From assembly GCA_963666515.2 (NCBI GenBank), contig OY762897.2:608001-672000 (forward strand): 64,000 nt of DNA, in the 5' to 3' direction. Each line of letters starts with the position of its first letter. Position 1 is the first letter of the stretch. Positions 17,724 to 26,886 of the stretch are shown here, piece after piece. The notes beneath the pieces were generated by a model. It made no database searches and had not been told where the DNA came from. It saw only the letters and a program-made list of their open reading frames with translations. A program made the position numbers and the translations under genes. Source of the stretch: Candidatus Binatia bacterium (GTDB taxonomy: Bacteria > Desulfobacterota > Binatia > UBA9968 > JAJDTQ01).

Positions 17724-17774
17724 AGGCACAGGGTACCAGGAGCCCGTCCGAGTCGTCGTATTCCAGGGTCGCCC

Positions 17775-18800
17775 CTACGAATTGAAGGCGGGGAGAACGT
17801 CCCGGGCGATGCGCCGCATCTGCTCCGGCTGGTCCCTGGATGCCAGCACGATCTGCATGGTGCGGACCCCGGCAGCCACGAACTCCTCCAGGCGGTCGAT
17901 GCACTCCTGTGCCGTGCCGCAGATCACCCAGCGGTCCACGCTCTCGTCGTCGAAGGGCATGCGGTGGTAGATCTCCAGCATCTCCCGCGACTCGTCCCGG
18001 GCGGTCTGCCGGTCGCGGCCGACGTTGATCCAGCAGTTCATGGCGGGGTGGACAGCGCCCGTCGGGCGCCCATGGCGCTCTGTGGCGCCGGACGAGATTT
18101 CCGCGTACCGCTCGGCGTACTCCGCCGGACTGATGTGGTTGGTCAGCCAGCCGTCCGCCAGCCGCGCCACGCGGTCGAACGGCCCGGTGTGCTTGCCGGC
18201 GTTGGCTTCCACGAAATGGCCGTAGCGGTAGTTCTTGACGTCCACCGGGTTGTAGTGGCCGGCGGCGATCCAGATGGGAGGATGGGGTTGCTGCACCGGC
18301 TTGTATCCCAGGGATACGTCCCGGTACCGGTAGTGGCGGCCGTCGAAGTCCACGGAGTCCCGCGTCCAGAGCGCCTTGAGCACTTCCAGGCACTCCTCGA
18401 AGACCTTGCCGCGAACCCGGCGCGGGAACCCGGCCACCTCGCACTCCTTCGAGAGCAGTTCCGGCGGTCCGGCGCCGGGTCCGACCCCCATGATGGTGCG
18501 GCCCTGCGATACGATGTCCAGTGTGGCCCACTCCAGGGCCGTTACCACCGGGTTCCTGAGGTGCGGCTGCAGGATTCCGGTAGCCACCTTGATGGTGCTG
18601 GTGCGCGCCGCGATGGCCGTCAGGGTGACGATGGGATCGTAGCGTGGCTTGGCCAGGAGGCTGTCACCGACCCAGACCGAGTGGTAGCCGAGTTCTTCCG
18701 CTTCCACGGCCAACTCTAGCAACCGCTCCATGGAGAAGTCCGGGAGGAACACCGACGCGCGGTTGTTGGCATAGAGCCCGAAGTTCAGCCGTGGAACCAT
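17775..18800 (-). CDS. LLM-class flavin-dependent oxidoreductase
   Basis: SVWVGDS, AIAARTSTIKVATGIL, TLDIVSQGR, PVQQPHPPIWI motifs; start MVPRLNFG. Confidence 0.9.
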   Translation of the reverse strand: MVPRLNFGLYANNRASVFLPDFSMERLLELAVEAEELGYHSVWVGDSLLAKPRYDPIVTLTAIAARTSTIKVATGILQPHLRNPVVTALEWATLDIVSQGRTIMGVGPGAGPPELLSKECEVAGFPRRVRGKVFEECLEVLKALWTRDSVDFDGRHYRYRDVSLGYKPVQQPHPPIWIAAGHYNPVDVKNYRYGHFVEANAGKHTGPFDRVARLADGWLTNHISPAEYAERYAEISSGATERHGRPTGAVHPAMNCWINVGRDRQTARDESREMLEIYHRMPFDDESVDRWVICGTAQECIDRLEEFVAAGVRTMQIVLASRDQPEQMRRIARDVLPAFNS

Positions 18801-18803
18801 TCC

Positions 18804-18851
18804 CCGTTCGTCCTGAGCGTAGCGGAGCGCCAGCGAAGCGAAGTCGAAGGA
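18804..18851 (+). repeat. Small interspersed intergenic repeat, copy 2
   Basis: ccgttcgtcctgagcgtagcg[gagcgccagcg]aagcgaagtcgaagga matches copy 1 with an 11-bp insertion. Confidence 0.8.
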
Positions 18852-18865
18852 CGCAAATTCCTGGA

Positions 18866-20776
18866 TCAGCCAGCGGCGTTGGCGGTGGAGAGCCGCCGCA
18901 TCAGCGGGCGGGCCAGGCCGGCCGCGGCCAGGACCAGGCCGATGATGTCCGTCATCGCCCCCGGGGCGATGAGCATGATGGCCGCCGCGAACACCACCAC
19001 CCGCTCCCCAAGCTCGGTCCGGTCCTTGAGGTCGCCCACCAGCGCGTAGGCGTTGAGGATCACCCCCGCAGCCGCGGTGGCGGTGGTCAGGATCACCTCC
19101 ACGGGATTGCCGCGCATCAGCATCGGCGTGCCGAAGACGAAGGCGTAGGGCAGGATGTACACCGGCAGCGAGATCAGGCCGGCGAACAGACTGGTGCGCC
19201 AGAAGTCGCTGCCCGCCACGGTAGCGCCGGCGTAGGCCGCCAGGGCCACGGGCGGCGTCACCATCGACAGCATGCCGGAGAAGAAGATGAACAGGTGCGC
19301 GGCCATGGGCCACACGCCCACCTTGACGAGCACGGGCGCCACCATCAGCGCGAGGATGATGTAGGCGATGCTGGTGGGCAGTCCCATGCCCAGGATCATG
19401 GAGGCGAACATGGTCAGCAGCAGGATGATCGTGAGATCGCCGCCGGCCATGCCGATGACGAGGCCCGAGAAGCGCGTGGCAAGGCCGGTCATGAGGATGG
19501 TGCCCATGATGATGCCGACACAGGCCACCGCGGTGCCCAGGGTCACGAAATCCCTGCCGGTGCCCTCGAATACGTCGACGCCCTTCTTGAGGGCGTTCCA
19601 GGCCCCCGTCGGGGCGGCCGAGGCGAAGCCGCGGCGGTCCTGGAGGAACATGGAGATGGCCGCGATCCCCACCCCCAGCACCGCGATGACCGCCATGGCC
19701 CGCAGCACCGCCTGGACCGGCGACATCCGCAACAGCAGCAGCACGATCAGCAGGCCTATGCCGGCGATGAACGTCAGCCCCTGGGGCTCGCGCACCACTT
19801 CCCTGACCTTGGGCAGCTCACTCGGTGGCAAGCCCGTGAGGCCGGAGCGCAACGCGTAGAAGTAGACGCCCGCCAGCACGCCGATGAAGTACAGCACCGC
19901 TGGAATGAACGCGGCCTTGACGATCTGGAGATAGTCCACCGCCAGGAACTGCATCATCAGGAACGCCGCCGCCCCCATGACCGGCGGCATGAACTGCCCG
20001 CCGGTGGACGCCGCCGCCTCCACCGCTCCGGCCACGTGAGGCTGGAAGCCCACGCGTTTCATGAGCGGGATGGTGATGGAGCCCGTCACCATGACGTTGG
20101 CCACCGCGCTGCCGCTCACCGATCCCATCATGCCGCTGGAGACCACCGCCATCATTGCCGGCCCGCCGCGGTATTTGCCCACGATGGAACGGGTGAACTC
20201 CATGATGAAGGCCAGCGCGCCGGTGGCTTCCAGCAGCTTGCCGAACATGACGAACAGGAAAACGAACTTGAAGGTGATGTAGGTGGCGACGCCGAACACG
20301 CCGTTGCCGGACAGGTAGACGGTGGTGACGATGCGGTCGAGGTCGAAGCCGCCGTGTCCCCCCACCCACCGCGGCAGGTGCTGGCCGTAGAAGACATAGA
20401 GCAGGAACACCCCCGCCGTAACCACCAGCGCCCAGCCGACGATGCGGCGGGTGGCCTCGAGCACCACGATGACGCAGATCACGCCCAGCACGAGGTCGGT
20501 CTGGGTGACGAGGCCCGACTTGAACGCGATCTCTTCGTGCTCGATGAAGACGTAGCCGAAGGTCGCCAGGCTGAGGGCCAGCCAGAACAGGTCCACCGCC
20601 ACCTGAGCCGGACGCTCGCGTTCCGTCGCCTGGGTCAGGAACACCAGGGCGAACAGCACCAGCAGGAACAGGCTCCGTTCCTGAAGGGGCGGCAACGGGC
20701 TGAAGGCGTTCCAGACGGCGTACGCCGACAGCCCGATTGCCAGGATTCGGGTGATGAGCCGGCCTACTGTTTCCAG
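18866..20776 (-). CDS. TRAP transporter fused 4TM/12TM permease (TAXI system)
   Basis: GSVSGSAVANV, AASTGGQFMPPVMGAAAF, GMGLPT and VTPPVALA motifs. The start is probably CTG at 20776 (track start 20695). Confidence 0.9.
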   Translation of the reverse strand: METVGRLITRILAIGLSAYAVWNAFSPLPPLQERSLFLLVLFALVFLTQATERERPAQVAVDLFWLALSLATFGYVFIEHEEIAFKSGLVTQTDLVLGVICVIVVLEATRRIVGWALVVTAGVFLLYVFYGQHLPRWVGGHGGFDLDRIVTTVYLSGNGVFGVATYITFKFVFLFVMFGKLLEATGALAFIMEFTRSIVGKYRGGPAMMAVVSSGMMGSVSGSAVANVMVTGSITIPLMKRVGFQPHVAGAVEAAASTGGQFMPPVMGAAAFLMMQFLAVDYLQIVKAAFIPAVLYFIGVLAGVYFYALRSGLTGLPPSELPKVREVVREPQGLTFIAGIGLLIVLLLLRMSPVQAVLRAMAVIAVLGVGIAAISMFLQDRRGFASAAPTGAWNALKKGVDVFEGTGRDFVTLGTAVACVGIIMGTILMTGLATRFSGLVIGMAGGDLTIILLLTMFASMILGMGLPTSIAYIILALMVAPVLVKVGVWPMAAHLFIFFSGMLSMVTPPVALAAYAGATVAGSDFWRTSLFAGLISLPVYILPYAFVFGTPMLMRGNPVEVILTTATAAAGVILNAYALVGDLKDRTELGERVVVFAAAIMLIAPGAMTDIIGLVLAAAGLARPLMRRLSTANAAG

Positions 20777-21744
20777 AGTCCGGCCTCCTTCCAGTACTTC
20801 ACGGCGCCCGGATGGAAGGGTACGTTGATGTCCTTGGTCAGCACCGCCGGGTTGGCCTGGGCGTACTTGAAGTAGCGCACTTCACCGGCCATGCCAGCGA
20901 GGTTCTTGTGGATGAGCTTGGTGACCTTGTAGACCAGTTCCGCGTCGGCGTCGGCCCGGACGTAGACGTGCGGGCCGCCGATGTCCACGGTGTCGATGTC
21001 CCTGTCGAAGGTCGGAGTGTCCTTGGAAATGCGGATCCTCGCCATGTAGGGCAGTTCCTTCAGCACCTTCTCGACGGCCGCGGGTTCCGGACCGAAGTAG
21101 GCCGCGCCCTTTTCGGCGTGGAGCCGCAACGCACCGGGGATCGGGCTCAGGCCGGCCACGATGCCCGGCGTCGCCACGATGATGCCGTCACCTAGTTGCG
21201 TGTACAGGTCACTCATGCCCGCGTACACGGGTTTGATGTCCTTGTAGGTGAGGCCGTGGGCCTTGTACAGGGGCTTCAGGAACGCGTCCCAGGTCCGGCC
21301 GGTGCCCACGCCCACCCGGTTGCCCTTGAGGTCGGCAAACTTCCGTACCGGGCTGTTGGGGAGGGTCATGTAGGCGAAGGAGTGCGGGTACAGGCCCAGG
21401 ATCGGCGCGATGGGGTGCTTCTTGTCGAAGCCCTTGAGCCCATGGTAGCCGGGGTAGCCGTTGTTCGACGATATGATCCCCATGAAGATCTGCTTGCGGT
21501 CGATCAAACGGATGTTTTCGCGTGAGCCCTCGGTCACCGCCGCGGTCACCGGTATCTTCAACTCGGCTTCCAGCAGCTTGGCGATGCCTCCGGCCATGAC
21601 ATAGAAGCCGCCGCCAATGCTGGCGCCGCCCACTTCCATGCTGGCCGGCAACTTCTGCGCGGTTGCCGTCTGCGGGCCGGCCGCTAACGCCATGGCCGCG
21701 ACCATGACTGCCGTCAGCAGCAGCCTCGTTGTTGCACGTTTCAT
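20764..21744 (-). CDS. TAXI family TRAP solute-binding protein, paralog 2
   Basis: Signal peptide; GGASIGGGFY, TEGSRENI and PFHPGAVKYWKE motifs. Confidence 0.9.
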   Translation of the reverse strand: MKRATTRLLLTAVMVAAMALAAGPQTATAQKLPASMEVGGASIGGGFYVMAGGIAKLLEAELKIPVTAAVTEGSRENIRLIDRKQIFMGIISSNNGYPGYHGLKGFDKKHPIAPILGLYPHSFAYMTLPNSPVRKFADLKGNRVGVGTGRTWDAFLKPLYKAHGLTYKDIKPVYAGMSDLYTQLGDGIIVATPGIVAGLSPIPGALRLHAEKGAAYFGPEPAAVEKVLKELPYMARIRISKDTPTFDRDIDTVDIGGPHVYVRADADAELVYKVTKLIHKNLAGMAGEVRYFKYAQANPAVLTKDINVPFHPGAVKYWKEAGLWKQ

Positions 21745-21763
21745 GAAATACCTCCTGCCGTTC

Positions 21764-22747
21764 TTACTTTTTCGGCCAGAGTCCGGCTTCCTTCCAGTAC
21801 CGGATTGCTCCCGGATGGTAGGGGACCCCGATCTGGGTGGTCAGCACCGACGGATTCAACTCCGCGTATTTGAAATAACGCACGTCCGCGGCGAGCTGCT
21901 TGAGGTTCTGATGAATCAGCTTGATCACCTGGTAGACCAGCTCCTCGTCGGCGTCCGCGCGCACGGTCAGCAGCGGGCCGCCGATGTCGAAGGTCTCGAC
22001 GGCCTTCTCGAACGTGGGCGTGTTCGCCGGAATGGTTTGCCGCGTCATGTACGGGAACTGCTTGACCATCTTGTCGACCGCTTGAGGCTCCGGCGGCAGG
22101 TACCGCGCGCCCTTTTCGGCGTGCAGCCGCAGCGCCGCGGGGATCGGGCTCAGCCCGGAGACCATGGTCGGCATGGCCACGATGATGCCGTCGCCAAGCT
22201 GCGTGTAGAGGTCGCTCATTCCCGCGTACACCGGCCTGAAGTCCTTCTTGTAGGTGAGGCCGTGGGCTTTCATCAACGGCACCATGAACGCGTCCCAGGT
22301 CCGGCCGGTGCCCACGCCCACGCGTTTTCCCTTGAGGTCGGCAAACGAGTTGATGGAGCTGCCGGGCAGGGTGTGCAGCGTGAAGGCGTTGGGGTAAAGG
22401 CCCATGGCGAGGGCCACCGGATACTTTCTCTTGTAGGTCAGGACACCATGATACGCCGGATAGGAGTTGTTGGAGGCGATGACCCCCATGAAGATCTGCT
22501 TGCGCTCGATCAGGCGCACGTTCTCGCGCGAGCCCTCGGTGACCGCCGCGGTTACCGGAATCTTCAACTCCTTCTCGAGCAGCTTGGCCACGCCTCCCGC
22601 CACCACGTAGAAGGCGCCGCCGATGCTGGCGCCGCCGATTTCCATGCTCGACGGCATCGCCGCGGTTGCCCGCTGCGGGCCGGCCGCCCATGCCATGGCC
22701 GCCACCGCGACCGCAACCAGCAAGCCCTTGAGTCTCACGCTTCTCAT
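21764..22747 (-). CDS. TAXI family TRAP solute-binding protein, paralog 1
   Basis: Signal peptide; GGASIGGAFY, TEGSRENV and PYHPGAIRYWKE motifs. Confidence 0.9.
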   Translation of the reverse strand: MRSVRLKGLLVAVAVAAMAWAAGPQRATAAMPSSMEIGGASIGGAFYVVAGGVAKLLEKELKIPVTAAVTEGSRENVRLIERKQIFMGVIASNNSYPAYHGVLTYKRKYPVALAMGLYPNAFTLHTLPGSSINSFADLKGKRVGVGTGRTWDAFMVPLMKAHGLTYKKDFRPVYAGMSDLYTQLGDGIIVAMPTMVSGLSPIPAALRLHAEKGARYLPPEPQAVDKMVKQFPYMTRQTIPANTPTFEKAVETFDIGGPLLTVRADADEELVYQVIKLIHQNLKQLAADVRYFKYAELNPSVLTTQIGVPYHPGAIRYWKEAGLWPKK

Positions 22748-22827
22748 GAAAATCCCTCCTGCGTTGTTTGATGAGCGACGGATCGGGGCCCTGCGGCAAG
22801 ACAGGCATCCGCCCGACGAACCCGCGT

Positions 22828-22856
22828 AAAATAGGATGGATCGGTGTGCCAGTCAA
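22828..22856 (-). promoter_or_regulatory. Sigma70-type promoter for the TAXI operon
   Basis: TTGACT-N17-TATTTT on the minus strand, about 80 nt upstream of the start codon. Confidence 0.55.
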
Positions 22857-22865
22857 CCCAAAAGC

Positions 22866-23660
22866 TCAGAACGGCCCGCCGCGATAACCCAGCACGACGA
22901 TCTCCGTCTTCCGCGGCAGCGCCGCCTTGCTGATGGCCAGGGAGCCGTCCGGCACGGTCCGGGTGGGAAAGCCCTCGCTGAAGATACGCACGCGCTCCAG
23001 ATCGTCGCGGTAGTGCATGGGGATGGCCATCTTGGGTTTGAGCTGCCCCACCACCTCCCGGGCGGTCCAGGGTCCCATGGTGGTGCGGCCGCCGATGGGC
23101 ACCAGCGCCACGTCGACCTTGCCGAACTGCTTCAGGTGCTTCGGGGTGAGCTTGTGGCTCAGGTCGCCCAGGTGCACGACGCACAGGCGGCCCAGGTCGA
23201 AGGCGAAGGCCGCGCCCTTGAAGAGGTTGCCGTCGGGACGGCTGACGTAGATGGGCACGCTGTAGACCAGCACGTCCAGGACCGTGGTCCTCACCGGGTT
23301 CCACTCGTAGCCCAGGTCGGTTTCCCGGAGGCCCCGAAGGAGCAGCGGCCGGCCCTTTACGATGGGAAACCAGTTGTGGTTCTGGTGCTCCCGGCCGATG
23401 GTGACCGCGTGGGCAGAGACGTCGGGAACGGGGTACCAGCCCGGCGCCAACGGGTCCATGACGATGCGCGTGCCCCGGCTGGTGACGAGCTGGAAGAAGC
23501 TGTGGCCGAAGTAGTGCAGGGTGGCGTCGGGCGCGGCGGCGTACGCCGGCCGGAGGAGACGGCTGGCGAAGCTCTCCTCCTTGCAGGCGCCGAAGAGTGC
23601 ACTGTGGCAGAGCAGGAGGAGCAGGGTGAACGAACCGCAGACGAGGCGCGCCTTTTTCAT
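22866..23660 (-). CDS. Exported metallo-beta-lactamase-fold protein (Lactamase_B_3-like) with a degenerate metal motif
   Basis: YFGHSFF, IVMDP, HLGDL, LVPIGG and IPMHY motifs. HxHxDH is replaced by REHQNH; hydrophobic N-terminus. Confidence 0.78.
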   Translation of the reverse strand: MKKARLVCGSFTLLLLLCHSALFGACKEESFASRLLRPAYAAAPDATLHYFGHSFFQLVTSRGTRIVMDPLAPGWYPVPDVSAHAVTIGREHQNHNWFPIVKGRPLLLRGLRETDLGYEWNPVRTTVLDVLVYSVPIYVSRPDGNLFKGAAFAFDLGRLCVVHLGDLSHKLTPKHLKQFGKVDVALVPIGGRTTMGPWTAREVVGQLKPKMAIPMHYRDDLERVRIFSEGFPTRTVPDGSLAISKAALPRKTEIVVLGYRGGPF

Positions 23661-23760
23661 CTTTCCAAGCCTTCCGCGACGCACCGGAACCGGCGTCAGC
23701 ACTGGCGGCAATTTCGGATCGGCGCCACGAACGCGCCCATCTTCGCGCAATGTCATTCGT

Positions 23761-23790
23761 TTGACAAGCTGATGACCGGTGACGTAGAAG
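23761..23790 (+). promoter_or_regulatory. Possible sigma70 promoter for the ABC operon
   Basis: TTGACA-N18-TAGAAG; the -10 box is weak. Confidence 0.35.
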
Positions 23791-23875
23791 GGCGTCAAAC
23801 GCATGCAAAGGCGGCTGTCTGCCGCTGCACGCGCCAAGCTTACGCAGGAGTCAAACCCGAGAGGAGGACATCCTT

Positions 23876-24913
23876 ATGAAGGCACTATACTTGACCGTCG
23901 CGCTTCTCTTTCTCACCGTGTCCGCGGCGTGGGGTCAGAGCGACACCATCAAGAAGCTGGCCAACTACAAGGGGGCGGACTACCACGACATGTTGCTGAA
24001 GGGCGCCAAGAAGGAAGGCAGGGTAGTCTGGTACACGTCTTTGGGCGGCAAGTCCTACAAGACCATCAAGGCGGAATTTGCCAAGAAGTATCCGGATGTG
24101 AAGATCGACGTCTATCGCGCCGGGAGCCGGGACCTGTCGTCGAAGATCCTCGGTGAGCACAGGGCCGGCAAGTACCTGGTGGACGCGACCGAGACCACCC
24201 CGGGCCTCATGATGCTGTTCCGCGAAAAGGGGCTGCTGATGCCCTATTCGAGCCCGGAGCACAAACGCTGGCCGGACGAGCACCAGATCAAGGCCAAGAG
24301 CGGCGGGGTCTGGTGGGTCACGGACCGTGAGTCGTTCATCGGCCTCGGATACAACACCAAGAAGCTGTCCAAGGACCAGGTCCCCAAGAGCTTCGAGGAC
24401 CTCCTGAACCCGGCGCTCAAGGGCAAGCTCATGATGAGCATCACGAGCACCGGCGACCGTGTCCTCGGTACCATGCTCAAGGTCAAGGGCGAGGAATACG
24501 TCGAGAAGCTCAAGAAGCAGCAGCTCAAGCTCCTGAAGATCTCCGGTACCGCCACGCGGGACCTGATCATCTCCGGGGAGTTCGTGGCGTCGCCCACGGT
24601 CTTCAGGAACCACGCGCTGGTGAAGATCCACGAGGGCGCCCCGCTGGGCTGGGAGCCGATGGACGAAGTTCCCACCAACGCCGGAGGGTCCGCGTTGTTC
24701 GCCAATGCCCCGCACCCCCATGCCGCGCTGCTGCTGATCAATTTCATCCTGACGGACGGGCAGAAGATCCTGCAGAAGTTCCACTACGGCATGGCCTGGA
24801 AGGACTACCCGTTCAAGCGCGTGTATCCCGAGAGGGGAATGACCGTGAAGCAGTACAACCAGTCCCTCAAGAAGTGGAACAAGCTGTTGCGCTCCATCGG
24901 CCGAAAAGGCTGA
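23876..24913 (+). CDS. ABC substrate-binding protein (Fe3+/thiamine/polyamine-like cluster)
   Basis: Signal peptide; GAKKEGRVVWYTS, GYNTK, PKSFEDLLNP and APHPHAALL motifs; GAGGAGG RBS. Confidence 0.87.
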   Translation: MKALYLTVALLFLTVSAAWGQSDTIKKLANYKGADYHDMLLKGAKKEGRVVWYTSLGGKSYKTIKAEFAKKYPDVKIDVYRAGSRDLSSKILGEHRAGKYLVDATETTPGLMMLFREKGLLMPYSSPEHKRWPDEHQIKAKSGGVWWVTDRESFIGLGYNTKKLSKDQVPKSFEDLLNPALKGKLMMSITSTGDRVLGTMLKVKGEEYVEKLKKQQLKLLKISGTATRDLIISGEFVASPTVFRNHALVKIHEGAPLGWEPMDEVPTNAGGSALFANAPHPHAALLLINFILTDGQKILQKFHYGMAWKDYPFKRVYPERGMTVKQYNQSLKKWNKLLRSIGRKG

Positions 24914-24978
24914 TGCGCATCCCGCACCAGTTCGGCATACGATTCCTTTCGTTCCGGGCAACCCGGACGGCAACGGAG

Positions 24979-25010
24979 ACATGGGGGCAAGGCACACCTT
25001 GCCCCCATGT
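24979..25010. repeat. Perfect 14-bp-stem hairpin (REP-like) between the binding-protein and permease genes
   Basis: acatgggggcaagg-caca-ccttgcccccatgt. Confidence 0.75.
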
Positions 25011-25065
25011 TGCGGGTGCGGTCCGTTCGGGGTGACCCCGGCGAATCCGACCGAGGACCAAACCG

Positions 25066-26841
25066 TTGAGCAGAAACCAGACAGCGCCGGAGGCGTCAGG
25101 ATCGGCAGGCGCCGGCTCGTCTTCATTCCTCGATGTCCTGCGCCCGAGCAGGCAGGGCCGTGACTATCCGCTGTGGCTGTTCATACCCTGCGCAGTGGTG
25201 TTGGTGTATCTGGTCATCCCGCCGCTGGCCTTCATCATCTTTACGAGCTTCGTGCCTTCCGAGGATTCCGACATCGTCGGCCTGACGACTCAGAACTTCG
25301 CCAACATCTTCGAGTCCCTCGGGGAGTTCGAAACCCTGATGTGGAACTCCCTCGTGTTCTCGGTGGGGAGCGCGGCGTGGGCGCTGGTTTTCGGCACCGT
25401 CATGGCGTGGCTGGCGGAACGCAGCAATGCGCCGTTCCGCGCGGTGGCCTATCTGGCCGCGTTCGTGTCGTTCGCCGTGCCGGGGCTCATCAAGGTCATC
25501 GGCTGGATCCTGCTGCTGGGGCCGGAGGCCGGGTTCATCAACCTGGCCTTTAAGTGGGTCACGGGGTACGGCCCGCTCTTCAACCTCTTCTCCATGAGCG
25601 GCATGGTGCTGGTGGAGGGGTTCCTCTGGACCCCCATCGTCTTCCTGCTCATGGCGACGCCGTTCCGGTCCATGGACCCGTCGCTTGAGGAAGCCGCGGT
25701 GGTGGCCGGGAGCACGGATTGGCAGGTCTTCTGGAAGGTCACCTTCCCGATGGCCATGCCCAGCGTCCTGTCGGTGCTGATCCTCACGTTCATCCGCAGC
25801 CTGGAGGCTTTCGAGATCCCGGCGCTGGTGGGGCTTCCCGCCGGCATCGAGGTCATGACGACTCAGATCTATCTCCAGTTGAGCGAGGGCTACCTCCCCG
25901 AGTACGGCAACGCCAGCGCCTACTCCGTGATCCTAATCGGCTTGGTGGGGCTGTGTCTGGTGCCCTACTATCGGGTCACCCAACACGCGCACCGCTTCAC
26001 CACCATCACCGGCAAGGGGTTCCAGCCCCGGCGCAAGGACCTGGGACGGTGGCGCTGGCTGGGCGGACTGGCGTTGCTGGGCCTGCCGGCGCTCCAGCTC
26101 CTGCCGCTCACCGCCCTTGTCTGGTCGAGCTTCATGCCCTACCTGATCGTGCCTTCGTGGGACGCGCTCTCCCTGTTTACCCTGAACAATTACGTGGAGG
26201 CGTTCAGCGACGACAAGATCGTGCGTTCCATCATGAACAACGTCACCATCAGCATCGTTTCCGCCACTGCGTGCGTGGGCGTGGCCTTCGTGACCGCCTG
26301 GCTGGTGACGCGGACCAACATCAAGGCGCGCTGGTCCCTGGACCGGCTCACCATGATCCCGCTGGTTTTCCCGGGCATCGTCATGGGGGTGGCGGTGCTG
26401 CAGACCTACCTGACGGTGCCGATCCCCGTCTACGGCACCATCTGGATCATGGTCATCGCCTTCTCCGCCCGCTATCTCCCCTATGCCATGCGGTTCAGCC
26501 ACGCGGGCCTGATCGGCATCCACCGCGAGCTGGAGGAGAGCGCCACCACCAGCGGCGCAAGCTGGGGGCAGGTGGCCCGGAAGATCATGGTGCCGCTCAT
26601 GATGCCGGCGCTGTTCGCGGGGTGGATATACATCTTCCTCATCACCATCCGCGAGCTGTCGGTGGCCCTGTTGCTCTACAGCCCGGGGTCCGAGGTCATC
26701 TCCGTGGTGATCTGGGAGCTCTGGGAAAACGGCCATGTCGGGACCCTGTCGGCCTTCGCCCTGGGCATCAGCGTCGGCACGGTGCTCCTGGCCAGCCTCT
26801 TCTACAAGCTCAGCCGCCGCCACGGTCTGGAAGTTCGATGA
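25066..26841 (+). CDS. ABC transporter fused double permease (FbpB-like)
   Basis: Two EAA-type loops (LEEAAVVAG, LEESATTSGA); about 12 TM helices. Confidence 0.88.
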   Translation: MSRNQTAPEASGSAGAGSSSFLDVLRPSRQGRDYPLWLFIPCAVVLVYLVIPPLAFIIFTSFVPSEDSDIVGLTTQNFANIFESLGEFETLMWNSLVFSVGSAAWALVFGTVMAWLAERSNAPFRAVAYLAAFVSFAVPGLIKVIGWILLLGPEAGFINLAFKWVTGYGPLFNLFSMSGMVLVEGFLWTPIVFLLMATPFRSMDPSLEEAAVVAGSTDWQVFWKVTFPMAMPSVLSVLILTFIRSLEAFEIPALVGLPAGIEVMTTQIYLQLSEGYLPEYGNASAYSVILIGLVGLCLVPYYRVTQHAHRFTTITGKGFQPRRKDLGRWRWLGGLALLGLPALQLLPLTALVWSSFMPYLIVPSWDALSLFTLNNYVEAFSDDKIVRSIMNNVTISIVSATACVGVAFVTAWLVTRTNIKARWSLDRLTMIPLVFPGIVMGVAVLQTYLTVPIPVYGTIWIMVIAFSARYLPYAMRFSHAGLIGIHRELEESATTSGASWGQVARKIMVPLMMPALFAGWIYIFLITIRELSVALLLYSPGSEVISVVIWELWENGHVGTLSAFALGISVGTVLLASLFYKLSRRHGLEVR

Positions 26842-26886
26842 GAGGCTGACGGGGAGTAGGCGGGGCATCAAGCTGTCCGTCCTGCC

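Noticed and set aside
17775-19313. Apparent N-terminal extensions or fusions (LLM 512 aa, RidA 492 aa, SDR 569 aa)
   Set aside because: The extensions overlap upstream genes in another frame. The family domain begins at an internal ATG (18800, 14027, 53476).
23876-26841. Calling the FbpB-like ABC systems iron transporters
   Set aside because: This would be a family-level label only. No FbpA-type Tyr-Tyr iron motif was evident, and the neighbours are organic-substrate enzymes.
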